From: a virus
Virus record (IMG/VR): IMGVR_UViG_3300021310_000002
Length of the DNA: 64,000 nt
Direction: 5' to 3' (one strand)
A program made the translations under genes and the position numbers. How positions within the stretch are numbered: the first letter of the stretch is position 1; each line of letters starts with the position of its first letter. The notes under the pieces were generated by a model. The model saw nothing but the letters and a program-made list of their open reading frames with translations. It was not told the origin of the DNA and did no database searches. Shown piece after piece: positions 40,617 through 49,191 of this stretch.

Positions 40617-41918
40617 ATGAGCCAAACATTTAAAGGTGTAGATATTAGTAGATTTCAAGGTTACAATATAGATTTTAATAAAGTTAAGAAAGCTGGGTAT
40701 TCGTTTGTGATATCACAGTGCGGCTATGGTGATATGATTTCATATCCCGACCAAAAAGACCCTACATTTGAAACCAATTATAAAAATGCTAGAGCCGCAG
40801 GCTTAAACTTTAGCACATACTTTTACTCTTACGCCACAACTGTCGAGGGAGCTAAGAGAGAAGCACAGGGTTTCTTGAATGTAATCAAGGGTAAGACTTT
40901 TGATTATCCTATTGCATTTGATTTTGAGGAATCTGACCAAATGAATTTATCCGCTGGACAGAAAGCGGCAATCATTGAAACATGGATTTCTGCTGTTGAG
41001 AAAGCTGGCTATTATGTTGTACTGTATTCATATGAGTCATTTCTGAATACTATTCCTCAGACTACGCTTGACAAATATGACATTTGGTGCGCCAATACAA
41101 GTAGAAAGCCTAATATGAGATACGGCATTTGGCAAAATAGTTGGACTGGCAGAATTAATGGTATTAATGGTGACGTTGATACTGATATTGCTGAGAAAGA
41201 TTATCCTGCAATTATCAAGGGCGCAGGACTGAATGGTTATCCTAAGACCAATAAGGCAAAAGATAAGGCTGATACGGTTGTTCCTTTTGATAAGTATTTT
41301 GCTGAGAGAATTGGTAAGGGGCTGGACTGGGACAAAATGTACTCTTTCCAGTGTTTTGACCTTGCTAATGATTACTCTGTAAACCTTATAGGTGGCAAAG
41401 CATTTATAGGTATGGGCGCATATGAGATTTACACTAATTTTGCAAATCAGCCTGGTAAGGAACTGTACGAGCGTATTCCCAATACTCCTGAGTTTGTTCC
41501 CATTAAGGGCGATATCATGGTATGGGGTCAGAGTCTTGGCGAGAATGGTCATGTAGCTATTTGCAATGGCAAGGGCGACACAACTTGGTTTGAGAGCTAT
41601 GAGCAAAACTGGACTGGCAATAACGACCCTGTTACGCTGATAAAGCATAACTACAATCATGTTCTTGGTGTACTTAGACCTAAAGACCAAACAAAGGTTT
41701 TAGGCGGTGGAAAAGCCAAGGTAGAGGAAGTTAAGAAGACTGAGGACATTAAGGTAGAGACTAAGCTTGCTGAGTCTGCGAAGAAAGAGAAATCCGAAAA
41801 GACTGATAGCGTAAAGCCTAGGAAGAATGGCGATGTTAATGGCGATGGAAAGATTGACGTATCTGATATTATTGCATTGGCAGCACACATAAAAGGCAAA
41901 AAGATGTTAGATGATTAG
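40617..41918 (+). CDS. Endolysin: GH25 muramidase + CHAP-like peptidase + dockerin-like tail
   Basis: GVDIS, FDFEE, GDVDTD (GH25); QCFD, GHVA, EQNW (CHAP); GDVNGDGKIDVSD. Confidence 0.88.
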   Translation: MSQTFKGVDISRFQGYNIDFNKVKKAGYSFVISQCGYGDMISYPDQKDPTFETNYKNARAAGLNFSTYFYSYATTVEGAKREAQGFLNVIKGKTFDYPIAFDFEESDQMNLSAGQKAAIIETWISAVEKAGYYVVLYSYESFLNTIPQTTLDKYDIWCANTSRKPNMRYGIWQNSWTGRINGINGDVDTDIAEKDYPAIIKGAGLNGYPKTNKAKDKADTVVPFDKYFAERIGKGLDWDKMYSFQCFDLANDYSVNLIGGKAFIGMGAYEIYTNFANQPGKELYERIPNTPEFVPIKGDIMVWGQSLGENGHVAICNGKGDTTWFESYEQNWTGNNDPVTLIKHNYNHVLGVLRPKDQTKVLGGGKAKVEEVKKTEDIKVETKLAESAKKEKSEKTDSVKPRKNGDVNGDGKIDVSDIIALAAHIKGKKMLDD

Positions 41919-41935
41919 TTATATGAGGTGGTAGT

Positions 41936-42247
41936 ATGGCATTGACAAATTTTCATATTAAGAATGGTAATATTTACGAGAATGGTGTTACAAAAGAATT
42001 TAAAATTTTAAATGGACTTGAATTGAAAGTACAAGCTGTTGGTACAGGTACATATAAGGTTTTAGGTACACTTAACAATGGAACTCCTAAACCTTTGTGC
42101 ATGGTAGATATGAGTACATTGGATATTGTAGAAGAAGGAGAAAACGATACAGTATATTGTGCAGACTGTGCAGCACTTACTTCTATTACAGTTGCAGATG
42201 TTAGTGGCGGTATCGAATCTATTTATATAGATATATATACAAAATAA
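41936..42247 (+). CDS. Hypothetical protein
   Basis: ORF with SD GAGGTGG. Confidence 0.5.
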   Translation: MALTNFHIKNGNIYENGVTKEFKILNGLELKVQAVGTGTYKVLGTLNNGTPKPLCMVDMSTLDIVEEGENDTVYCADCAALTSITVADVSGGIESIYIDIYTK

Positions 42248-42252
42248 TAATT

Positions 42253-42284
42253 AGGGAGATAGAATTTCTATCTCCCATTTTTTT
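42253..42284 (+). terminator. Intrinsic terminator ending the late operon
   Basis: GGGAGATAGA-ATT-TCTATCTCCC plus T-run. Confidence 0.8.
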
Positions 42285-42394
42285 ACTATGAATAAGAACA
42301 TAATCCTATCTATAAAATTTATAAATACGATTATATTTTATTATGTTAAATGCAGTTAATGTATTACACTTTTCGCAATAATATGGTTATTGTC

Positions 42395-42630
42395 CGAGTG
42401 ATTTTAAAAGTGATTTTTTAGGAAATATAATCACTTTTAAGGAAATGTGTATGTATATTTAGAAAATCATTTCATAAGGCAACTATGAAAAAATCCCTTA
42501 ACTACGGTGATTTCACGCATATACGCAGTTAAAGGACTTAATACTATAAGCGCAGATGGAGAGATTTGAACTCAACCATCATAACGCTGTTACGGTCTTT
42601 AACAGCATAAAAGTGATTCTGAGTGATTTT
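42395..42630. other. attP-like region; core 42550-42573 resembles a tRNA 3' end on the minus strand
   Basis: Minus strand GAGTTCAAATCTCTCCATCTGCGC (T-loop plus acceptor strand); AGTGATT repeats on both sides; next to the integrase 3' end. Confidence 0.75.
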
Positions 42631-42638
42631 TTAATTAT

Positions 42639-43178
42639 TTACGGTTGATTGTTTTTTGTTATCTTGTTTATCTTATTATTAAAGTATTCATTAATAATGT
42701 CTTGATATTCTTGTTCTCTTGTTTTGATTGTGTGGGTATAAACTGATTTCATAACATTGTCTGTTGACCAACCACCAAGCTTCTGAATGTATTCAGACGG
42801 AATACCTAAGTCATTCAGTGTAGTTGCAAACTCATGTCTTAAAGTATGAAATGTAATGTTGTAACCATTGGCAGATGTAATAGCTTTAAACTGCCTACGT
42901 ATTTTTTCATAATATAAAGGCACAATGAAATCATCGGGACTGTCATGTGGTACTTGTTGGATAAGGTATAATAAATATGGTGGCAGCATATTAGTTCTAG
43001 TGCTATCTTCTGTTTTTGTGTTTTCTCTTACAACATCACTATTGTTCAATCTTATCTTAGTACGTCTTATACAAATTGTAGAACCATCTTCCGATATGTC
43101 TTTAAACTTTAATCCTCTGACTTCGCTAATTCGCAGAGACAACCACATGGACAATAAACAAGGTAACTCAATGGTGTT
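42639..43178 (-). pseudogene. int: Tyrosine integrase, catalytic domain only (5'-truncated)
   Basis: LRISE, KT, FHTLRH, LGGW, VYTH; no N-terminal domains; upstream DNA is methyltransferase sequence. Confidence 0.8.
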
Positions 43179-43483
43179 TTGCTTGCTTGTCCGAAAAGAA
43201 TCTATGTATTTCTGATAGCTGTTCCTTGCCACAAAAAATAATTATAGTTCCTTGTGTGATACGATACACTTCATCAAGAAATTGTATTAAATCAAAATTT
43301 ATAATGTCTGCGTTTTCTTTATTTAAATTGCGTAATCCATTACTGCCACGATTTACTTCTCCATACGGAATGTCGGTCAATGTTAAGTTTACACTATTAT
43401 TAGGCATTTTATTCATAATGTTCATACAATCATTGTGTAAGAGTTTATGTACTCTCTCTCTCTCTCTCTCTCTGGTTATTCAT
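43168..43483 (-). pseudogene. N4/N6 DNA methyltransferase (beta class) N-terminal part; frameshifted at (AG)11 and 3'-truncated
   Basis: LLHNDCM...LTLTDIPY...DEVYRI; SD-linked ATG 43483 is out of frame; no FxGxG motif I. Confidence 0.8.
43452..43473. repeat. (CT)11/(AG)11 dinucleotide repeat
   Basis: Read directly from sequence. Confidence 0.95.
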
Positions 43484-43562
43484 GTAACGCAAACTTCCTT
43501 CCTATTAATTTTAATTTTATGCCGATGTATAATTAGAACATACATCGGCTTGTTATGTTTAT

Positions 43563-43886
43563 TTAGTTGTTTTCATCTTCAAATTCAAAATATATTTTTA
43601 CAGGTTTAGAATTAGAAACAGGAATTATAAAAACAGAGCCAGGTTTAAGTAATGGTGAAGGTGTTAGTGGAGCATCAAGAAATTGAATTTTATAATCATG
43701 GTAATAAACAGGGCAATCTCCCACTGATTTAACATGGCTAAGAAGCTGTTGGATAGCATCACTAACTTTTTCTGTATATTCTTGTTTATCTATTTTATCT
43801 ATATCCTTTTCATTAACATTTACAATTGCTACCATTTTACGACAAAACAATTCTTCATATAATTTTTGTAGTTCTTTATTACTCAT
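43563..43886 (-). CDS. Hypothetical protein
   Basis: ORF overlapping upstream gene. Confidence 0.5.
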   Translation of the reverse strand: MSNKELQKLYEELFCRKMVAIVNVNEKDIDKIDKQEYTEKVSDAIQQLLSHVKSVGDCPVYYHDYKIQFLDAPLTPSPLLKPGSVFIIPVSNSKPVKIYFEFEDENN

Positions 43887-44439
43887 TGTTAGTCACCGCA
43901 TTGACAAACATATTATAATATGTGCATAGACTAGCAAAAGCTTCGGAAAAAGTTCCATCTGCGTTATCAATACTTACATCCCAATCAACATCTCTGAACT
44001 CAATAGCATCATGCTCTATACGTTCAAGTGAAAAACCAATAGGGTCAGGATTGTTGTCAGCTCTCTTTAGCATACGTTCATATCTCTGCTTTAATGGTGC
44101 TGTAATATATATTACATACATAGGTCTATTGCCTTTATAGTTCTTTTTCAGATACTTAATGCCACTGTTATCTATAACATAGAGAGTATATTCTTCGTTG
44201 TCAAACATTTCCTGAGTTACACAATATCTGGCATTGGTTGTTTCTGCATAAGCAATAATGTTTTTGAGGTTGTCAAATTCATCATCTGTTATAAAGGTAT
44301 GTCCTTTTTCATTTGTGTGTCTAGGTGGTCTTGTAGTATAACTAGGAATTGCTTTTACATTACATTGAACTTCCAATTCCTCGACCAGTGTACTCTTTCC
44401 TGAACCTGATTTCCCAACAATTAAAAATATAGGCTTCAT
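43879..44439 (-). CDS. gmk: Guanylate kinase
   Basis: GKSGSGKST, SYTTRPPR..E..GH.F. Confidence 0.88.
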   Translation of the reverse strand: MKPIFLIVGKSGSGKSTLVEELEVQCNVKAIPSYTTRPPRHTNEKGHTFITDDEFDNLKNIIAYAETTNARYCVTQEMFDNEEYTLYVIDNSGIKYLKKNYKGNRPMYVIYITAPLKQRYERMLKRADNNPDPIGFSLERIEHDAIEFRDVDWDVSIDNADGTFSEAFASLCTYYNMFVNAVTNNE

Positions 44440-44687
44440 ATTGTAATCTCCTTTACTCCAAATATTTCACATTTATCTTCAAATGGTAACTCTTTCCATG
44501 CTAGTTCAAATTCTTTATTCATGCATTTTTCGCAAAGTTGTTCTGTGTTATCGTTATATGCGTATAGCTGTGCTTCATCCCCACACCTATCACAATAAGT
44601 GTGAGGAATGTTTCTATTAGGACAGGAAATTCCCAAGCAACCAATTTCTGGTGGACAGCCTACGCAATCATTTTTATACTTAATCAT
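44436..44687 (-). CDS. Cys-rich Zn-binding hypothetical protein
   Basis: CVGC..C..C..CDRC..CEKC. Confidence 0.55.
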   Translation of the reverse strand: MIKYKNDCVGCPPEIGCLGISCPNRNIPHTYCDRCGDEAQLYAYNDNTEQLCEKCMNKEFELAWKELPFEDKCEIFGVKEITI

Positions 44688-44713
44688 TTGTATCGTCATT
44701 CCTTTCTGTATCA

Positions 44714-44908
44714 TTAGAGACATAATGTTCTCCTGTATCTGAACTTGTGAAAAGAATTATCTGAACTTGTGAAAAGAATTGTAAATAGAATACCCAAAAG
44801 TACATAGTAAGAAGCTGCATCGTATTTCCCTATTAAAGCTGCTATACAACTTACAACAATATCAATAACAATTATTACGCCAGTCAATGTTATATACATA
44901 TAAATCAT
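44714..44908 (-). CDS. Small membrane protein; C-terminus altered by a 22-bp duplication
   Basis: Two hydrophobic segments; tandem repeat 44737-44780. Confidence 0.5.
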   Translation of the reverse strand: MIYMYITLTGVIIVIDIVVSCIAALIGKYDAASYYVLLGILFTILFTSSDNSFHKFRYRRTLCL

Positions 44909-44992
44909 TCCTTTCTAATAAATACAAAGAGGCGTAGGTAGAGAAGCACTCTATAATCCTACTTATCTTTCATACAGAAATACCCATTTGCT

Positions 44993-45697
44993 TTACATTT
45001 TATCAGCCCAAGCTGACAGTTCGCCTCGGTAATTTTTAGAGAGTGTACAAATTGTTGCCCATTCCTTACCTTTAAAATGTTCAATACAAGCCTTTAGTCC
45101 TGAGTCTTTAGGGTCTATTCCCTGTATCTGTAAAGACGAACCAATTACACAAACATGACAATCATCATGACAACGTGTCAAAACTGCTTTCAATTGTTCT
45201 TTGGTCATACACTGTGCTTCATCAATGATAACGAATTTCTTAGAAAAATCAGAACCAAGCATATATACATCTGTCATAGTAGTAAACACACCAGTCCCCA
45301 TTTTTTGGTTGATATAAGTATCATCATTAATTACAGATGCAGGATTTTCCCCAAGATTAATTAACGAATGAACCAAAGGTTGCATATAATAACGTTCTTT
45401 AGCAGATTTTTCACCAGGAAGAAAACCGATTCGCCCCTCGCTACTCGGTGTTCTAATATAGTATGCTTCATCACAAAGACCATATTTTACATACATTAGT
45501 GCAATTGCCACAGCAATTACAGTTTTGCCTGACCCAGCAGGAGCATCTACAATTGTAATACGATTGTTTCTATTCCATAGTGCATCACGATAGCGTATCT
45601 GTTCTTCATCTGAACAATCTAGCCCATAAAACGGATGGTCTGCCAATGTTGCAGGAACATTTATAGGTTCATTTTTACTCGTTACTTTCTTAGCCAT
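44993..45697 (-). CDS. phoH: PhoH-like ATPase
   Basis: PAGSGKT, GFLPG, IIDEAQ, LTR, IGS..Q. Confidence 0.9.
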   Translation of the reverse strand: MAKKVTSKNEPINVPATLADHPFYGLDCSDEEQIRYRDALWNRNNRITIVDAPAGSGKTVIAVAIALMYVKYGLCDEAYYIRTPSSEGRIGFLPGEKSAKERYYMQPLVHSLINLGENPASVINDDTYINQKMGTGVFTTMTDVYMLGSDFSKKFVIIDEAQCMTKEQLKAVLTRCHDDCHVCVIGSSLQIQGIDPKDSGLKACIEHFKGKEWATICTLSKNYRGELSAWADKM

Positions 45698-46001
45698 TAT
45701 TATTCACCTCATTTAATATGTTGCAGTTACCATAGCTATTCTCATATTCTATTGCATCAGCCAATTTTCCAAAGAACTCTGCTGTATCTGTTGGATTATG
45801 TCTAGCAATAATTTTTGCTATGTCATGTATATATTCATTATAATCTTGCGTAAGAGCTATTTTAATATCATGAACAAAAGAATCAAGAAATTTTGCAATA
45901 TCATGTTTAGCTGAAATAGAAACTTCATAGGCTGTTGTTTCTGGACTAGCATAAAAATTTAAAACATCTGAATATTTCAATGGTATTCTAAATCGTATCA
46001 T
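45690..46001 (-). CDS. Hypothetical protein
   Basis: ORF with SD AAGGAG. Confidence 0.5.
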   Translation of the reverse strand: MIRFRIPLKYSDVLNFYASPETTAYEVSISAKHDIAKFLDSFVHDIKIALTQDYNEYIHDIAKIIARHNPTDTAEFFGKLADAIEYENSYGNCNILNEVNNNG

Positions 46002-46012
46002 ACAATACTCCT

Positions 46013-46264
46013 TTATATTAATTCGATTATATATGATGTTTCATCATTATAAAAATCATTTGCGTTTATATCGTAAGGACATAAATTACAGCTATACATT
46101 GTAAGATAGTTATTAACCGTATTAAATGTCAATGTTGTTTCTGTGATAGTAGTTAATATTCCTGTACGTTCTCCTGAATTACCACATTTAAACTTGTAAC
46201 AATTACCTACTTTTAGATTATTTACATCAAATACATGAGAAATAACCATATCATCTCTAGTCAT
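46013..46264 (-). CDS. Hypothetical protein
   Basis: ORF with SD AGGAGGTG. Confidence 0.5.
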   Translation of the reverse strand: MTRDDMVISHVFDVNNLKVGNCYKFKCGNSGERTGILTTITETTLTFNTVNNYLTMYSCNLCPYDINANDFYNDETSYIIELI

Positions 46265-46279
46265 TATTAATCACCTCCT

Positions 46280-46627
46280 TTATTCAGGTTTAACATCTCT
46301 ATAAGACGGTGAATCGAACACTCTCATTAATTCGCTATTTTTATCGTCCGAAAAAGCCGTTGCAACGATTTCAGCATTAAGCAAATCGCTAAGGACATGA
46401 AAAGGCTCGTCAATAATCACTTTTCTATTATTACCACTTTCATCCCAACGCCAATCATGTATGGTCATTGGGTTTGGCATATCTACCCCATACTGTCTTG
46501 CTCTTTCAATTAAAATATCTTTCATAGCCGAAGAACAGCATAATATAGGAACTTGATAGTGTTCACTTAAATACATAAGCCTTGTTGTTTTTCCTGATGC
46601 TCTTGGCAAATTATATATGCACTTCAT
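46280..46627 (-). CDS. Small P-loop protein
   Basis: PRASGKTT Walker A and VIIDE Walker B in 115 aa. Confidence 0.6.
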   Translation of the reverse strand: MKCIYNLPRASGKTTRLMYLSEHYQVPILCCSSAMKDILIERARQYGVDMPNPMTIHDWRWDESGNNRKVIIDEPFHVLSDLLNAEIVATAFSDDKNSELMRVFDSPSYRDVKPE

Positions 46628-46677
46628 TTTGTTTCACCTAAACCTTTACTGCTATTATAGATATATTGGTTTCGACT

Positions 46678-47016
46678 TTAACGGCTTGGTCTACCATCAG
46701 GTGTACCATATAAATCCATCGCCCTTTCCCATGCTTTTTCGTTGCGCAATTTTTCTTCTTTCCATTTCGCAACAAGCTTTGGGAGTTCTGCATTTGCCAA
46801 TTTGTAAAGAGTTTCTAGGTTACTATAAGCCTGTCCCAACCCTACACAAGTGGATAACTGGTTTATTTGTCCATGTGGCAATTTATAAAGAAAACGTCCT
46901 AAAAATTCCTTTTGAACGTCAATATCACATTGTAGTAACATATCTGCCAAATGAGTGGCATCTATTTCAATTTGACAGTTGGTAAAGTCATTTGGATTTA
47001 TCGCAAGTTTATTCAT
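46678..47016 (-). CDS. Hypothetical protein
   Basis: ORF overlapping upstream gene. Confidence 0.5.
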   Translation of the reverse strand: MNKLAINPNDFTNCQIEIDATHLADMLLQCDIDVQKEFLGRFLYKLPHGQINQLSTCVGLGQAYSNLETLYKLANAELPKLVAKWKEEKLRNEKAWERAMDLYGTPDGRPSR

Positions 47017-47309
47017 TCAAACCACCTCTGTACAACTATAGTTCCTATGCCGCCATGTTCCCCTTTAATAACAATTACTACTTTGTCAAAGTAAATTGTA
47101 ATATTTAATACTCCGACAACTTTCTGACTTCCATCATCTGGCGGTATTAATTCAAAATTTACATATCGTAATCGCATAGAAATATTATGCAAGCCGTTGT
47201 CAGAAGCATATTCGCATCTAATTGTCATATGTTTTTTAGAACCTTCACGAACTATATCTATTGAACAATCATATATTTTATCAATATATAACCACACTCG
47301 ATTATTCAA
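47013..47309 (-). CDS. Hypothetical protein
   Basis: ORF with SD GAGGTG. Confidence 0.45.
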   Translation of the reverse strand: MNNRVWLYIDKIYDCSIDIVREGSKKHMTIRCEYASDNGLHNISMRLRYVNFELIPPDDGSQKVVGVLNITIYFDKVVIVIKGEHGGIGTIVVQRWFE

Positions 47310-47314
47310 TTAAT

Positions 47315-47824
47315 TCACCTCACATAGCATGGGTACATTTCTTTGCACTCACCAACGTATTGGCACATCGGTACAAGAAACGGCTCAAACTCAGGATTGG
47401 TTTTCAGAACTTCATCACGCATCATCTGCACAAGATTTCTAGTCTTTTCTGATGCCTGTTTGCACAACCTCTTATTCATTATAACCATAAGTTCTTCTGC
47501 GTTCATATCCCAAATTGCCTTAACTGGCGCATCCTGTGGTGCTTTCTCTCTATCATAATTATCCTGTCTATCATTACGCTGTGACAGTACATAGGGCTGT
47601 GCATGAACATGACGTACAAGGTGTGTCATGACCCATGTAGGTACATCTTCAAGATAAAATGAAAAACTCAGTTTGCGTATTGGTGAATGTCTTGCTTTAA
47701 GAATTGCTTTCTTCCATTCTTCTGTCGGTGCGTTCTTGACTTTCAGTCCCACTGTAACCAACGCACGTTCCTTACAGGCAATCCAATCCTGTTCTGTGGG
47801 GTGTTCGATACAAGTTACTTTCAT
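47315..47824 (-). CDS. thyX: ThyX-like FAD-dependent thymidylate synthase
   Basis: HSPIR, LVRHxxxxxxxxSQR, RLC..A..TR. Confidence 0.75.
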   Translation of the reverse strand: MKVTCIEHPTEQDWIACKERALVTVGLKVKNAPTEEWKKAILKARHSPIRKLSFSFYLEDVPTWVMTHLVRHVHAQPYVLSQRNDRQDNYDREKAPQDAPVKAIWDMNAEELMVIMNKRLCKQASEKTRNLVQMMRDEVLKTNPEFEPFLVPMCQYVGECKEMYPCYVR

Positions 47825-47853
47825 TGTGTAATTTCCTCCTTTTATCATCGTTT

Positions 47854-48096
47854 TTATTTAGTTGAAGGTAAAGGCTTCAACCCTCTACCTTCAACAATAT
47901 CTGACATTGTATCATTCTCTATTACTATGTTAAAATATTCTTCATCACTACCAAGTTTAATCTGCTTATCCATAAAGGTTGTAGCATCTTCATAGCCTTT
48001 AATATAAGCCTGACACTCTTTCTCTGAATATCCGTATTTCTCGTGAAGCCAACGACACATTACCTGTGTTATATAAACTTGTAAACTACTATCCAT
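47854..48096 (-). CDS. Hypothetical protein
   Basis: ORF with SD. Confidence 0.45.
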   Translation of the reverse strand: MDSSLQVYITQVMCRWLHEKYGYSEKECQAYIKGYEDATTFMDKQIKLGSDEEYFNIVIENDTMSDIVEGRGLKPLPSTK

Positions 48097-48133
48097 ACAT
48101 CATCCTCATTTCTGACTTGTTGAAACGTTGCTT

Positions 48134-48346
48134 CTATTCCCAACCAATATCATAGTGAACAACGTGTGTCACTCCACTTGGAACACGTTCATATTCCATA
48201 TATCCATGTTCTTCTGACAATTTATGGTTTAAATACTTTTCTAAGTCTTGTCTATTTGTAAAACTAAGTGATTTGTGGTCGTAAAAATCAACTACCCATG
48301 CTTCATTTAAAATCGGTACGTCTGTATTGCATTTGGTTAATTTCAT
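48134..48346 (-). CDS. Hypothetical protein
   Basis: ORF with SD GGGAG. Confidence 0.5.
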   Translation of the reverse strand: MKLTKCNTDVPILNEAWVVDFYDHKSLSFTNRQDLEKYLNHKLSEEHGYMEYERVPSGVTHVVHYDIGWE

Positions 48347-48377
48347 CTCATTATCTCCCTATATAGAATCAGGTTGT

Positions 48378-48653
48378 TTATTCTTCCTTCTTCCATTCTT
48401 CTAAATATCCACCGATGTAAGTATAGAGCCATTGGAGTTTTTCTCTCGACTTATCACTTACTTCTTTTACACTGGCATTGTATCTACCAGCTTCGCCTTT
48501 TGCGCTTTCTACAAACATTTTTACAATGCAGTAAAGCAAATCATCCCATTCCTCAATTCGCCTTTTACATCCTTCATCATAGCTTGTTTCACCAACAGCA
48601 GTTATTCCACCATTTATACGTTTCGCTATTTCAAATATTGTTAAGCTCTCCAT
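48378..48653 (-). CDS. Hypothetical protein
   Basis: ORF with SD GAGGTGG; VGET..D motif. Confidence 0.55.
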   Translation of the reverse strand: MESLTIFEIAKRINGGITAVGETSYDEGCKRRIEEWDDLLYCIVKMFVESAKGEAGRYNASVKEVSDKSREKLQWLYTYIGGYLEEWKKEE

Positions 48654-48686
48654 TTGCTTACCACCTCATATAAAAGCAGAAATTTA

Positions 48687-48860
48687 TCATTCATATCTCT
48701 TATTATCAGGGACATACACGCATTGCACTACTTCGCTACATTCAAAGCCATAAAGTGGACAGATTAATGTCGCTATTCCCAGCCCCATAAAGTTGTTCGT
48801 TTCTTCTGGTTTGGCGCATTTTTTGCAACGTTCAAGTCTCTGCGTTTCTATTTCATTCAT
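48687..48860 (-). CDS. Cys-rich hypothetical protein (57 aa), absent from ORF track
   Basis: MNEIETQRLERCKKCAKPEETNNFMGLGIATLICPLYGFECSEVVQCVYVPDNKRYE; SD AAGGAG. Confidence 0.55.
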   Translation of the reverse strand: MNEIETQRLERCKKCAKPEETNNFMGLGIATLICPLYGFECSEVVQCVYVPDNKRYE

Positions 48861-49191
48861 ATTTAATTCTCCTTACATGAACCAAAATTTTATCAAATGT
48901 TATGTTGTCTCCATATAATTCGTCAAATTTAAAAGCTATATCATTAACGTCATGATTTATAATTAAATCTGTGTCCCAAAAATGTATAGCAAATATTTTT
49001 GAAATGTCATTTACACAATACTCTCTGAACACGTTGAGGATAGTATTTAAATCAAGGAGCATATTCCTTATTAGTTCTTCAACTTCAAATTGGTATACCT
49101 CAACATATGGTTCTTCATTTTCATCTGTTAGAGTACCATATATTTTTTGAAACATATAGGTTGCAAATTCTGTTTGTTTGTTAGTCATCAC
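48853..49191 (-). CDS. Hypothetical protein
   Basis: ORF with SD AGGAG. Confidence 0.5.
   Translation of the reverse strand: MMTNKQTEFATYMFQKIYGTLTDENEEPYVEVYQFEVEELIRNMLLDLNTILNVFREYCVNDISKIFAIHFWDTDLIINHDVNDIAFKFDELYGDNITFDKILVHVRRIKYE

Noticed and set aside
43179..43232. GTG start giving a 197-aa intact integrase
   Set aside because: These codons are an alternative frame of the methyltransferase remnant, not integrase sequence
44974..44991. Extra copies of the 18-bp palindrome (also near 39178 and 17171)
   Set aside because: Too degenerate to separate from AT-rich background
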